Under the pieces are notes generated by a model. That model made no database searches. It saw only the letters and a program-made list of their open reading frames with translations, and was not told where the DNA came from. The position numbers and the translations under genes were made by a program. A stretch of DNA of 42,269 bases. Source: a virus. Lineage: Duplodnaviria; Caudoviricetes. Below are positions 19,603-28,976 of this stretch, one piece after another. Position 1 is the first letter of the stretch, and every line of letters starts with the position of its first letter. The stretch is from positions 1 to 42,269 of the IMG/VR virus record IMGVR_UViG_3300032103_000031; one strand, written 5' to 3'.

Positions 19603-20565
19603 ATGGTTGGCTCCTATTCACTGACAGTCACACGTCCTACACGCATCGGACGGCTGACACCACCCCATGCGGATGGTGTTCGTGCAGCAGAAGCACGTGA
19701 ACAAGCATTGACGCTGGCAATGGCTGGTCCTGGTGCGAACCAGATGATCGGCTATCGCCTCGGCGCACAGCTTGACCGTGAGCAAGCACGTGATGACTAC
19801 AATCTCGCCATGCAGGAACATGATCGCACACTTGCTGAAATGCGTGAACAGGACATGGCACGCAGGGCAGAAGAGTTGCGGGATCAGCGTAATCATGCGC
19901 TGCGCACAGCGGCTATCAATAATCCTGGCGGCGCTGCGGTGTCTGGTGACGAAGAAGTGTATCGCCTCGTCACGCCAGAGTTTCGTGAGCTTGAGCGTCG
20001 TCGGCGCGAGGCAGACATTGAGCGACTGAACCGAGTTGGTCAGCCACGCGGTGGCAGTGGTTCTGCCGATCCTGTGCTGCGCCCTGGCGAAGTGCTGCGC
20101 AACCGCACGGCTGTTGAACGGCAGTTTGAGACCGCCGAAGCCAACGTGCAGCGCGCATTTGTGCAGCGTGAGGCTGCGCTGCGCCGCCAGTTGCAGAATG
20201 CTGCTACACGCGCAGAGCGTGAAGCTGTCCAGCGAGAGCTTGACGGACTGGCAGCGCAACGTGATACGGCGATTGGTCAGCTTCGTGAGCGCCGCAATCA
20301 GACGCTACAGGGCTTGCCTAGCCTCGGCCCTGACGGGCGCATTGTAATGCCGGGAGCTACTGCGCAGCCAACTCCGCAGACGCCAACGCCAGCGCAGCCT
20401 ACACCTGCACAGCCTACACCCTCTCCTGCGCCAACAACGCTGACGCCACAGCAGCAAACGCTGCTGAACCAGGCACGTCAGGCGCTGCGCGAAGGTCGTC
20501 AGCGTGCTGGTGTCGAGAACATCCTGCGACAGAATGGCATTGATCCGGGGCTGCTGAACCAATGA
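19603..20565 (+). CDS. Internal virion / ejection protein
   Basis: Coiled coil plus Pro/Thr/Gln linker; synteny. Confidence 0.68.
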   Translation: MVGSYSLTVTRPTRIGRLTPPHADGVRAAEAREQALTLAMAGPGANQMIGYRLGAQLDREQARDDYNLAMQEHDRTLAEMREQDMARRAEELRDQRNHALRTAAINNPGGAAVSGDEEVYRLVTPEFRELERRRREADIERLNRVGQPRGGSGSADPVLRPGEVLRNRTAVERQFETAEANVQRAFVQREAALRRQLQNAATRAEREAVQRELDGLAAQRDTAIGQLRERRNQTLQGLPSLGPDGRIVMPGATAQPTPQTPTPAQPTPAQPTPSPAPTTLTPQQQTLLNQARQALREGRQRAGVENILRQNGIDPGLLNQ

Positions 20566-23500
20566 GCGACAATCCGTTTGCCAACGTGCCGATGGCATCG
20601 CCGTTTGACGGTGTGCCCATGGACCAGCCTGTGCGCCCCAACTTCTTTCAGCGCAATGTGCCGCTTGCGCTGCGTGACATTACGCGCGGCATCATGTCTG
20701 TGCCTGTAGATGCAGCACGTCTTGCGGGCTTCTTCGGCGCAGAAGGTGCGGGACGTTGGGGCGAAGGTGCTACCAACTGGCTGAACCGCAATGTCGCACC
20801 AGAAGCTACGTTTGCGAACGAACCTGGGCGTGCTGCACTACAGTTTGGTGCTCCGGCGCTCATTCCAATGACGTGGGCAGCCACACCACTGCGTGCGGCT
20901 GGTGCTGGTGCGGCTCGTGCTGTGTTGCCAACTGCTGTAACGAACAGCCCAACTGCCGCTGCGGTTGGTGCGGGCGCACTGCGTGCGGCAGAGTTGGCAC
21001 TGCCCGGTGCAGCGCCATACACACTGGCGAACGTCGCAGCCAACGCTGGTGTGGGCATTGGCGTCGGCTATGGTGTAGAGCGGCTGACGGATGAAGCCGA
21101 ACGTCAGCGCAGCTTGCGCGAACAGGGCGGCGGTCGTCCGCTAGGCACTGCGGAGGCTGCTGCGCTAGGTGAAGGCACGCCGTTCGATGCAGTGCCTGTT
21201 GAGCGTAGCGTTGCAGAGCGAGTGACTGACTGGTTGCCATACGTAGTCGGTGGGCTTGGCGTGCTGTCCGTTGGCGCTGGTGCGCGTGCCGCCGCACGTA
21301 TGCAGCGCGCAGCTAATGACGCCAATACTGGTGGCCTTGTGCAGCCCGGCACGCCTACATCGCTTGCGCCAACAAGTGCGGTTGGTGAGCAGGTAGAGGC
21401 TGGCCTGTTCCAGCAGCAGCAAATCCTGTTCAACCGTGCAGAGCAGGCTGTCCGTGATGGCACGATGAGCCGTAGGGATGCGGATGACTTCGTGAATACG
21501 GTCATCACGCATTCCAATGAGAGCATCAACAGTGATGTGCTGCGTGAGTTTTGGCGCACAGGCAATCTGCCCGGCGGTCGCCACACAGAAGCGCCAGAGC
21601 GTATGGCATTCGACATTGCGCAGCTTTCGCCGGACCAGCGTAGGCTGTTCAACGACTTGATGGCCGCTGCGGATGAGACTGACGTGCGCATTGACGCACT
21701 GCGCAACGGCAAGTTTCGCACAGGCCATCCTGGACAGGCACAACGCACATCGCTGTGGGATAAGACGGACGCTGACTTGAAGCGTGCGATTGCTGCTGGC
21801 CGTGCCGATCCTGCTGTTGCGCAGCTAGAGACACGCTACCGCACAATCAACAATGCAATCCTCGACTATGGGCAGCGTCAAGGCATCTGGTCTGCGGATG
21901 AGGTCGCACGTATGCGTGCGTCTGGTCCTAACTATATGCACCGCTTGGTTGCTGAGCTTCGCCTTGAGCGGGATACTAGTGGTTCTGGCACACCAATCAC
22001 ACAAGGCACAGAGAACAACTCACCACTGACGAAGCGTGCGCGTGAGGAATACGCTGGTTCTATCCGTGCGCAAGACCCTGTAATGGCAATGGAAGATGGC
22101 ATCCGTCAGACGCTAGACTACATTCGTCGCAACGAGAGCATCAAAAACGCCGCACTGAACCTCGGCAATCGAGGTATGCTTGGCATCGGCAAAGTGCTGC
22201 CGGATCGCCCCGGTGTGCGCACTGCTGACAACATGGTGCCAGTGAAATTTCGCTACAACGGGGATCGTTACATCCTTGAGCTTGATCCGACGATCAGTGC
22301 GGGGCTGCTGCCGTATCCTCGTGCGTTTATTCCAATCATCAACGGTGCGCGTATTCTGGAACAGAAGCTTACCACAGGCCCACTAGGCACAATGCTTGGC
22401 AACATCCAGGCACCGCTTAGCGCGTTCATGGGCACGTTCGCTGCAATGGCGAATGCACCGAGGAATATGCGACTAGGCTATGTGGACAAGATCGTGCATC
22501 ACTATACAGGAGGCCGGGTCAATCTGCGTGCTATGGGCATAGCTGATCCAACGTTCATCGCCCAAGTTATTGCCGCATTCATCCGTGATGTATCTGATCA
22601 CACAGCTGATGTGCTTGGTCGCTCCCTACAGCGGTCTATCACGTCTGGCGGCATGGCTGCGCGTCTCGTTGACATACTAGGCGCTGGACGCGCGCAGAAG
22701 ATGGCTGATGCATTCACAAGGCATTATACTAACAGTGACCTGCATCGTATGCGCCGTGAAGGTCTGCACGCACAGGGCTTGTCCTACGCTGCGGAAGGTG
22801 GCGGGTTGACTGACTTTGGTGCGCGTCTGTCGAACCTGTCACAGATCAGCCCAGAGTATGCAGCAAGTATGCCATACGGCGGCTTCGCTAAGTCTGTGAC
22901 AGATATCAAGGACATGCGCACGCTGCGTGAATACATGGCGGTGCAGTCTGCTGGTGTAGGCGGTGTTGGCATCGGCAAGTATGCACGTCGTGCTTGGAAC
23001 GGCTACGCCAAGCTGCTGGACATGCTTGCCAACGCGCCACAGAGCGCCATGTATCGTGCGAACAAGGGCAACAAGGACATGACAGAGCGGGCCATCATTG
23101 GTGTTGCGCGGTCTGTCACAGGCGACCCGTCACAGTATGGTGGTAATCGTGTAGCACAGGGCATTCTGTCTGCGGTGCCGTTCGGCAACATTACAGTGCA
23201 AGCAGGGCACCAAGCATATCGCGCCATGCGCCGTGAGCCTGTAGCGTGGACTATGCGTGTCGGTAGCATTGGCACGATGCTCTCGTTGACTATGCTATGG
23301 AGCGCAATCAACGCAGATGAAGCTGCCATCGCAGAAGGCCGTGAGCCGTCTGCCGTAGCTCATATGCTAACGCGCGATAGCCGTGACGCTGCGGCTGCAT
23401 TCCGCTTCTACCTGCCGGGGCTGACAGGAGAGGAGGGTATTCGTATTCCTGTTGAGCAGTCTCTTGCGCCGTTCTTCTCGGGCATCCTAGGCATGATCCA

Positions 23501-24458
23501 GGAAGGCTTCAACGTCACTGACCCACAGTTTTTCACAGAACGCTTCGCACCGCTGCGGGATAGCATTCATCGGTTCATCGAGGATGGCAACAGCAACAGG
23601 CTGCGCGCAGCTATCGGGCTTGCTGGTGCCGATGTGTCTTTGCCCGGCATCCTTGACGCTGGTGCGCGACTGCTGACTGGCAATACAATCGAGAATGCTG
23701 CGTCGTTTGCTACAGGACCTCGCATCAATCCTGTGCCGGACGCTGACGGCTTCGAGAGGACATTGATTAACAATGATGTAGTAGATCGCTACACAGCTAC
23801 GGTGCTGGAAACCGCACTAGGCTTCGGCGGCAGTGCGCTCCTGGACCTGCTGCGCACATTCGGCTTCGCTAAGCGTGAGACAGGACGCACAAGCGACGCT
23901 CTTGGCGCAGTCGCCGAGCAGTATTCGCTGAACCTGTCTGGTGCCGCACGTATCGCTGGCCCAGCATTGTGGGGACAAGAGCGGCGGCTGCGCAACACGG
24001 ACGCTGTAGGCGAACAAGTCCGTGAAGCAGAGCAGAAGATCAACGAAATCCGCCGCAATCTAGCGCAGGTGCGCGCAGATCGTGGCAGCATCGGTGGTCA
24101 ACGCAATCTGCGTGAGGCAGAGTTTGGGGGAGGGCGTGCTGGTGTCCCGGAGGACATTCGTGGCGTGGTAATGAGCTTCAATCGGCTTGGCCGAGTGATT
24201 GACGACTTGCAGGAACAGCGTCGTCGTGCCCAGGAAACACTGCGCAGCTACAATAGCTCACCACAGCTTCGTGCTGATCCGTCTCGTTTGCGCACGCTGA
24301 CAAACGAGCAAGCACTAGAAGTGCGTAGGATCAACGCGGAGATACTCTCTCGCATCAATGAAGTAGAAGCCGACCTGTCGGCAGAGACAGGTCGGCGCAT
24401 TCGACTGACAGACCTTGATCCGCTGCGTGGGCTGGACCAGTTTCAGCCCATTCAGTAG
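20562..24458 (+). CDS. Large internal virion / DNA ejection protein
   Basis: 1298 aa, Ala/Gly-rich helical, NPF/SPFD N-terminus; last gene of the structural arm. Confidence 0.75.
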   Translation: MSDNPFANVPMASPFDGVPMDQPVRPNFFQRNVPLALRDITRGIMSVPVDAARLAGFFGAEGAGRWGEGATNWLNRNVAPEATFANEPGRAALQFGAPALIPMTWAATPLRAAGAGAARAVLPTAVTNSPTAAAVGAGALRAAELALPGAAPYTLANVAANAGVGIGVGYGVERLTDEAERQRSLREQGGGRPLGTAEAAALGEGTPFDAVPVERSVAERVTDWLPYVVGGLGVLSVGAGARAAARMQRAANDANTGGLVQPGTPTSLAPTSAVGEQVEAGLFQQQQILFNRAEQAVRDGTMSRRDADDFVNTVITHSNESINSDVLREFWRTGNLPGGRHTEAPERMAFDIAQLSPDQRRLFNDLMAAADETDVRIDALRNGKFRTGHPGQAQRTSLWDKTDADLKRAIAAGRADPAVAQLETRYRTINNAILDYGQRQGIWSADEVARMRASGPNYMHRLVAELRLERDTSGSGTPITQGTENNSPLTKRAREEYAGSIRAQDPVMAMEDGIRQTLDYIRRNESIKNAALNLGNRGMLGIGKVLPDRPGVRTADNMVPVKFRYNGDRYILELDPTISAGLLPYPRAFIPIINGARILEQKLTTGPLGTMLGNIQAPLSAFMGTFAAMANAPRNMRLGYVDKIVHHYTGGRVNLRAMGIADPTFIAQVIAAFIRDVSDHTADVLGRSLQRSITSGGMAARLVDILGAGRAQKMADAFTRHYTNSDLHRMRREGLHAQGLSYAAEGGGLTDFGARLSNLSQISPEYAASMPYGGFAKSVTDIKDMRTLREYMAVQSAGVGGVGIGKYARRAWNGYAKLLDMLANAPQSAMYRANKGNKDMTERAIIGVARSVTGDPSQYGGNRVAQGILSAVPFGNITVQAGHQAYRAMRREPVAWTMRVGSIGTMLSLTMLWSAINADEAAIAEGREPSAVAHMLTRDSRDAAAAFRFYLPGLTGEEGIRIPVEQSLAPFFSGILGMIQEGFNVTDPQFFTERFAPLRDSIHRFIEDGNSNRLRAAIGLAGADVSLPGILDAGARLLTGNTIENAASFATGPRINPVPDADGFERTLINNDVVDRYTATVLETALGFGGSALLDLLRTFGFAKRETGRTSDALGAVAEQYSLNLSGAARIAGPALWGQERRLRNTDAVGEQVREAEQKINEIRRNLAQVRADRGSIGGQRNLREAEFGGGRAGVPEDIRGVVMSFNRLGRVIDDLQEQRRRAQETLRSYNSSPQLRADPSRLRTLTNEQALEVRRINAEILSRINEVEADLSAETGRRIRLTDLDPLRGLDQFQPIQ

Positions 24459-24652
24459 TCAATGCCCTTTTTGTCTAAGAACCACTTGGCGATGTGCAGG
24501 TCTTGGTAGTCCTCATCTACCTCGACTGCATCGCCATCTTCGATCACAGAGAGCGGCACCCACCGCTCCTGTGTGTCATCCTTGACAAGCAGCTTCGCCG
24601 CCTTGTCTGTAACCTTGTCAACGATGGCTTCGACCACAGCATACTTACTCAT
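24452..24652 (-). CDS. Small acidic hypothetical protein
   Basis: 66 aa (TDKA...WVPLSVI...WF); SD AGGAG; overlaps the helicase stop. Confidence 0.7.
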   Translation of the reverse strand: MSKYAVVEAIVDKVTDKAAKLLVKDDTQERWVPLSVIEDGDAVEVDEDYQDLHIAKWFLDKKGIDY

Positions 24653-25901
24653 CGGTCAGCTTCTCCTGTAGCAACTGGTTGAGGTTGCGCAGCATCAACT
24701 TGTTTGTGCCACGCCACACCGTTTTCTTACGCCCACTTGTTGGCACTTCAAACCGCTGCACCATTTCCAACTCGTGCATTGTATTGAGCGCGTATTCCAA
24801 CTCTCGTGTGCGTATCTGGCTGCGTGTCTTGAACAGTAGCTCACTTTGTGTGATGCCTAGCTCACCAGCCTCAAGCAGCACACGCCGCAGCTTGTCCAGT
24901 CCAGCGACAAGGCGCACACTCTCACGCTGACTGCCGAACAGTGCCGCAGCAGACTGCTTGTGGTGCGCGATAATCTTGATCGCGTGCCCCATGTGGTGGT
25001 GGTCAATCTGCCAGCTATTGTCATTGGCCGCCAGCAGTGCGGCTAGTCGGAGGATGTGATGATCCTCTCGTGCCTCGAAGCTGGCAATGAATGGATCACC
25101 GCCATCGCTCTCTCGGCGTCCTTCATACCAGCGCACAAACCTAGCTTTGGCGCTATCAGTGAGAGATATGCCCTTGGACGCCCAACGCTCGGACTGTGCG
25201 CGAATACGTAGCAGGTCGCTAGCAAGCTCATCCACGCTGATGCTTCCAGCATCTTCGGGCCAAGCGACAAGTCGCTTACGCTTCTCTTCAATGATGAAGA
25301 GGCAACGGCTAGTGAACCCGCCTTCAACAACATCGGGGTTGATAGCGCGCACCAACCAGCTAGGAGTGGAAGCGGCTGCGAAGGTGATGCACGCATTGCG
25401 GATGACGCGAGGGCCAGATGACAGTCGGCTGTAGTCTCGGAGTGTTGGACAATCATAGAGGTCTGTGAGTAGTCCTGGCATTGCAACGGTGTATTGCTCT
25501 TTACCAAGGAACGTGACCAACTCACTAACGATGATGCCAGCCATTGCGTCTCGACCATCACCAGATCGCAAGGCAAGCTGTTCAACAAGCTTTTCAGGTG
25601 TTGTTGATCCTGTGACTGTAAGAGCGGACAGGTCAAATCCAGCCGCTCGATATACAGCTTCGCACATGCGAATAGCTGTTGACTTGCGTGTTGTTCCTGC
25701 ATCTGCGCACAGCACCATGTAAAGGTTGAGGAACACAGGAGCCTTAGGCCGGTTGACTACAATCCTCCGGCCAATGGCATTCGACAGCAGCCACAGCCCA
25801 CACCAGAAGTCATAGGCCAGTGGCGTTTCCAGTGGAGCCATGTATTGCAGATAGCGATGAAGGAACGTGCCTTCCTTCACTGCATCACGGAACATGCTCA
25901 T
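24645..25901 (-). CDS. DUF3987/YfjI-like AAA+ replicative helicase with a C-terminal winged helix
   Basis: NLYMVLCADAGTTRKSTAI P-loop variant, SELVTFL, LTDLYD, GGFTSR arginine finger; start MSMF at 25901 after GAGGGG. Confidence 0.75.
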   Translation of the reverse strand: MSMFRDAVKEGTFLHRYLQYMAPLETPLAYDFWCGLWLLSNAIGRRIVVNRPKAPVFLNLYMVLCADAGTTRKSTAIRMCEAVYRAAGFDLSALTVTGSTTPEKLVEQLALRSGDGRDAMAGIIVSELVTFLGKEQYTVAMPGLLTDLYDCPTLRDYSRLSSGPRVIRNACITFAAASTPSWLVRAINPDVVEGGFTSRCLFIIEEKRKRLVAWPEDAGSISVDELASDLLRIRAQSERWASKGISLTDSAKARFVRWYEGRRESDGGDPFIASFEAREDHHILRLAALLAANDNSWQIDHHHMGHAIKIIAHHKQSAAALFGSQRESVRLVAGLDKLRRVLLEAGELGITQSELLFKTRSQIRTRELEYALNTMHELEMVQRFEVPTSGRKKTVWRGTNKLMLRNLNQLLQEKLTDE

Positions 25902-26167
25902 GTGCCATCCCCTCGGTCCATGTTGCACGGCAGACATGCCATGCGCAGGTTAGACCGTGCGTTGCGTCCTCCACGTGAGACAGGCACGATGTGGTCTATC
26001 GTAGCATGCCGCAGTGGTGTGTCCATGCCGCAGATCGCGCAGAAGCCGCACTGGTCAATCCACAGGGATTGCTTGATGTGCCTACGCCAAGAGGACTGCA
26101 TACCACGTGTCCCCTTGGCGCTGCTAGGCGAGCGTCGCTTCTTGCCCATCAGTCGTAGTCTGTCCAC
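25898..26167 (-). CDS. HNH endonuclease
   Basis: CAICG...TIDHIVPVSRGG.N..SNLRMACLPCN. Confidence 0.9.
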   Translation of the reverse strand: MDRLRLMGKKRRSPSSAKGTRGMQSSWRRHIKQSLWIDQCGFCAICGMDTPLRHATIDHIVPVSRGGRNARSNLRMACLPCNMDRGDGT

Positions 26168-26340
26168 GTCTCTTCACGTGGATACGACTTCATGCTGCCA
26201 TTGGCAACTGATACTCGTTCTCCGCGTTCGTATTCACGACGTTCTGCGTGCAGCCGCTCTAGCCCCTGGCTGTTGACGCGCAACACACGTGTCTGCACAG
26301 GCTTGCGCTGCATGTAGTCATCACGCTTCTTGTCCGTCAT
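26149..26340 (-). CDS. Hypothetical protein
   Basis: 63 aa, SD GGGAG, fills the gap after the polymerase. Confidence 0.6.
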   Translation of the reverse strand: MTDKKRDDYMQRKPVQTRVLRVNSQGLERLHAERREYERGERVSVANGSMKSYPREETWTDYD

Positions 26341-26352
26341 TCTAATCTCTCC

Positions 26353-27186
26353 CTACGCAAACTTGAGCTTCTTCATGTTGGACCACCGATGAACACCGCC
26401 CTCATCTGGATAAGATACCTTGAAGTCCGCAGGAATGATGAGCGGATCACCGTGGATGATGAGGGGTGCTTCTGCATACTTGCGCATGATGTGCGCCACA
26501 TGCGGCACGTCTCGCTCTCGACACATGGCAGTCAAGCTGTCATGGTTGTTGAACGGGATGCGTGCATACATAGGCCACTTGTCGTCCTCTTGTGACTTCC
26601 ACTGGACGCCGCACACGAAGTCACCAAGCGTTGACTGCGGCTTGAATGCAATGATGCTGTCCATCAGACTGTCATCAATGCGTGAGCCGAGAAACTCCAT
26701 GCGTCGGCCAAGGCATGTGTAGAGCGCGCGGTGTTCATAGACCTCGCGGATGATCGTGTCCCACCACCGCTTCAACTCTGGCGTGGCTCGATGGTAAGCG
26801 TCGTAAGCCAGTTGAGCTTGTGCAAGGGACATTCCAGTGACTGCTGCCAATCGGGCAGCTTGCATTCGGTAGTTAAGGCCGTGTCGGCATCGCTTGCTGA
26901 TGCCGCGGAGTGAGAGACTTCCGATAGGATGCTCTGGTGTGGCGTTTCCAGCATCATAGTAGTCAAACGTCGGAACGCTGTCATATGGCACTTTGAACAT
27001 TTCACTTGCAAGCGCAATGTGAGCATCGTAGGTGCCGGGGTTCTTTCTCGCACGTTCAAACTGCTCCTTCCAGCTATTGATCTTCCCTTCCCATCCGACG
27101 ATGCGCGCTTCTGCTTGCGCACCGTCGAAGTAAACGTAGCATAGACTTTCTTCCTTACCGCGCTTTAGGCTCGGTGTAGCCAGCAT
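26353..27186 (-). CDS. Family A DNA polymerase, C-terminal part (motifs A, B, C)
   Basis: Motif A YFDGAQAEAR, motif B RGISKRCRHGLNY, motif C NNHDSL; SD GGAGGA before ATG 27186. Confidence 0.9.
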   Translation of the reverse strand: MLATPSLKRGKEESLCYVYFDGAQAEARIVGWEGKINSWKEQFERARKNPGTYDAHIALASEMFKVPYDSVPTFDYYDAGNATPEHPIGSLSLRGISKRCRHGLNYRMQAARLAAVTGMSLAQAQLAYDAYHRATPELKRWWDTIIREVYEHRALYTCLGRRMEFLGSRIDDSLMDSIIAFKPQSTLGDFVCGVQWKSQEDDKWPMYARIPFNNHDSLTAMCRERDVPHVAHIMRKYAEAPLIIHGDPLIIPADFKVSYPDEGGVHRWSNMKKLKFA

Positions 27187-27301
27187 ACGGTCCTCCAAAG
27201 ATGCACATATGGTTCGCGTGGTCGTATCGGCACTTCTCACACACTGCACACTTGCAGGGCGTAAGCTGTGCTTCTAGGCGGATACCTTTCTGATCATTCA
27301 T
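27155..27301 (-). CDS. Hidden 48-aa Cys-rich protein inside the polA interruption
   Basis: MNDQKGIRLEAQLTPCKCAVCEKCRYDHANHMCIFGGPYAGYTEPKAR; AGGA upstream; spans the insert in the third frame. Confidence 0.55.
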   Translation of the reverse strand: MNDQKGIRLEAQLTPCKCAVCEKCRYDHANHMCIFGGPYAGYTEPKAR

Positions 27302-28976
27302 TGAAGTGTATCCTGTCCGCGATGAACATGCCTCGTAGCCGTTCTGGCTGGTTCTGTAGGTTCATGCCGCTGCCCCACAACGTGCTGCTGCTGGACAAGC
27401 GGCCCGGCACAAACTGTGTGCCAAACTGCTTGTAGTCGCTGCGCATTCGCCCGTCAGGATCAATGTCCGCTTCGATATACGTGGACAGCAGCTTATGCTG
27501 TTCCTTGTATTCGTTGAGGATGCCAAGCATCTTGCGTGCGGCTTCTGGTGTCCGTGGGCTTTCGATCATTGCATTGCGGTTCTCTTCATTCGTGCTAGTG
27601 TTCTTGCCAACAAGCCGTAGCTTCTGGAAGAACAACTCGGCAAGCTGCTTAGGCGACAGCGGGTTGGGGCTGATAGTCTCGTCATTTGCTGCAATGCGTG
27701 CGGCAACGACAAACTCTTCCCGCAGACGGTCCACATCACGGCCGAAGTCGTGCTGTAGCTGCTTGCGCATTGCAATGTCAATCTTGTTACCAAGCACCGT
27801 GGCTCCAACAAGATGTGGCTGCAAGCGCATCACATGTTCAGAGAAGAAGTCCCACATCTTCTGCTGCTTCAACTCCGCTTCAAGCCGGCGAGCAACCTCC
27901 CAAGTGATGCACACATCCTTGACGTTGTATTCCCAAAAGCTGCTGATATCGCCGCCCTCACGCCACGTGTCCTTCTCATCCTTGTAGAACGGATGCGTAG
28001 TGTATTGCGCTGTGAGGAAGCCAAGGTTATGTGGCCACGTCGGGTGGAGTGTGTGATGTGCAAGTAGTGTATCAATCCATAGCGGCCTAGCTTTGATGCG
28101 GTCCTTATACCAAAGCCATCCGCAGTCGAAGCCTCCATTCTGCGCGACCAACCGCACGCTCGCGTGACGGAGGACACGCTGAATGCTTCGTCGAACCCTG
28201 CTCTCATCAGCCAAAGACCAACGATTGTGTTCACGTCCACGGAAGTTGATGCACATGCCTTCGTGGGCATTGTTGGCGAATCCGACGCACGCTGTCTCAT
28301 TGGACACAACCTCCACGTCGAAGGACACCGGCAACGCTTCTTGGATCATCCTGTCACACCAGCGCACTGCCTCGTCTGGCGACGGATCGTAGAAGGCACG
28401 CACATCGTGCGGCTTCCAAACACCCCGCATCACCATGTCCAGCTTGCTTATGTCCAATCGGAAGATGGGTTCCAAGCTTGGCTTACGAAGGATGAGAGCG
28501 GGGTTGTTTGCAATGACAAAGCTGCGTTTGCCATCGCCCACGACCGAGCCACGCCACTTCTCGATACCGCTATCGCCAACCACAGCCTGCAATGCAATAT
28601 CCCCGAGGACAAGCACGTGCTTGCAGTTAGGCAACTGCGATAGCTCCCAATCAAGTAGTGCCTTCCAGTGGGATAGCTCATTGCGGCTCACACCCTTCTT
28701 GCTGGTCTGTGCATCGTCCACAAGCTGCTTCTTTACTACGTTGGTGATGTAGCAGTGCTGGCGGCGGATGCCAAACTTGGCGAGCACTTCCCACAGAAAC
28801 TTGCCGCTGCCGCCTACAAGTGGAGCGCGTAGCTCCACTTCACGAGGTCCGGGTGCTTCGCCTACGATGGCGAGGGCAGCATTGCAATCACCGTCAGCAA
28901 GGCAGTCCACAGACAGTCCCGCAGCCGATGCACGTTGCGCAAACTCCCTGTTCAGTTGTCCGATTGTTGTAGCCAT
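27294..28976 (-). CDS. Family A DNA polymerase, N-terminal part: UDG-like domain, 3'-5' exonuclease and thumb
   Basis: IVGEAPG..E...PLVG.SG, YITNVVK (family 4 UDG fold); FDVE, QNGGFD, YNVKD (Exo I-III); GRLSSS, NLQNQP; stops before motif A. Confidence 0.9.
   Translation of the reverse strand: MATTIGQLNREFAQRASAAGLSVDCLADGDCNAALAIVGEAPGPREVELRAPLVGGSGKFLWEVLAKFGIRRQHCYITNVVKKQLVDDAQTSKKGVSRNELSHWKALLDWELSQLPNCKHVLVLGDIALQAVVGDSGIEKWRGSVVGDGKRSFVIANNPALILRKPSLEPIFRLDISKLDMVMRGVWKPHDVRAFYDPSPDEAVRWCDRMIQEALPVSFDVEVVSNETACVGFANNAHEGMCINFRGREHNRWSLADESRVRRSIQRVLRHASVRLVAQNGGFDCGWLWYKDRIKARPLWIDTLLAHHTLHPTWPHNLGFLTAQYTTHPFYKDEKDTWREGGDISSFWEYNVKDVCITWEVARRLEAELKQQKMWDFFSEHVMRLQPHLVGATVLGNKIDIAMRKQLQHDFGRDVDRLREEFVVAARIAANDETISPNPLSPKQLAELFFQKLRLVGKNTSTNEENRNAMIESPRTPEAARKMLGILNEYKEQHKLLSTYIEADIDPDGRMRSDYKQFGTQFVPGRLSSSSTLWGSGMNLQNQPERLRGMFIADRIHFNE

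Noticed and set aside
20355-20450. AQPTP repeats as a DNA repeat element
   Set aside because: They are degenerate at the DNA level and explained as a Pro/Thr/Gln protein linker.
27148-27313. Group I/II intron or intein in polA
   Set aside because: The insert is only ~146 nt with no recognisable P7/catalytic core or group II domain V. It contains a stop and changes frame, so it is not an intein. RT-PCR is still needed to exclude splicing formally.
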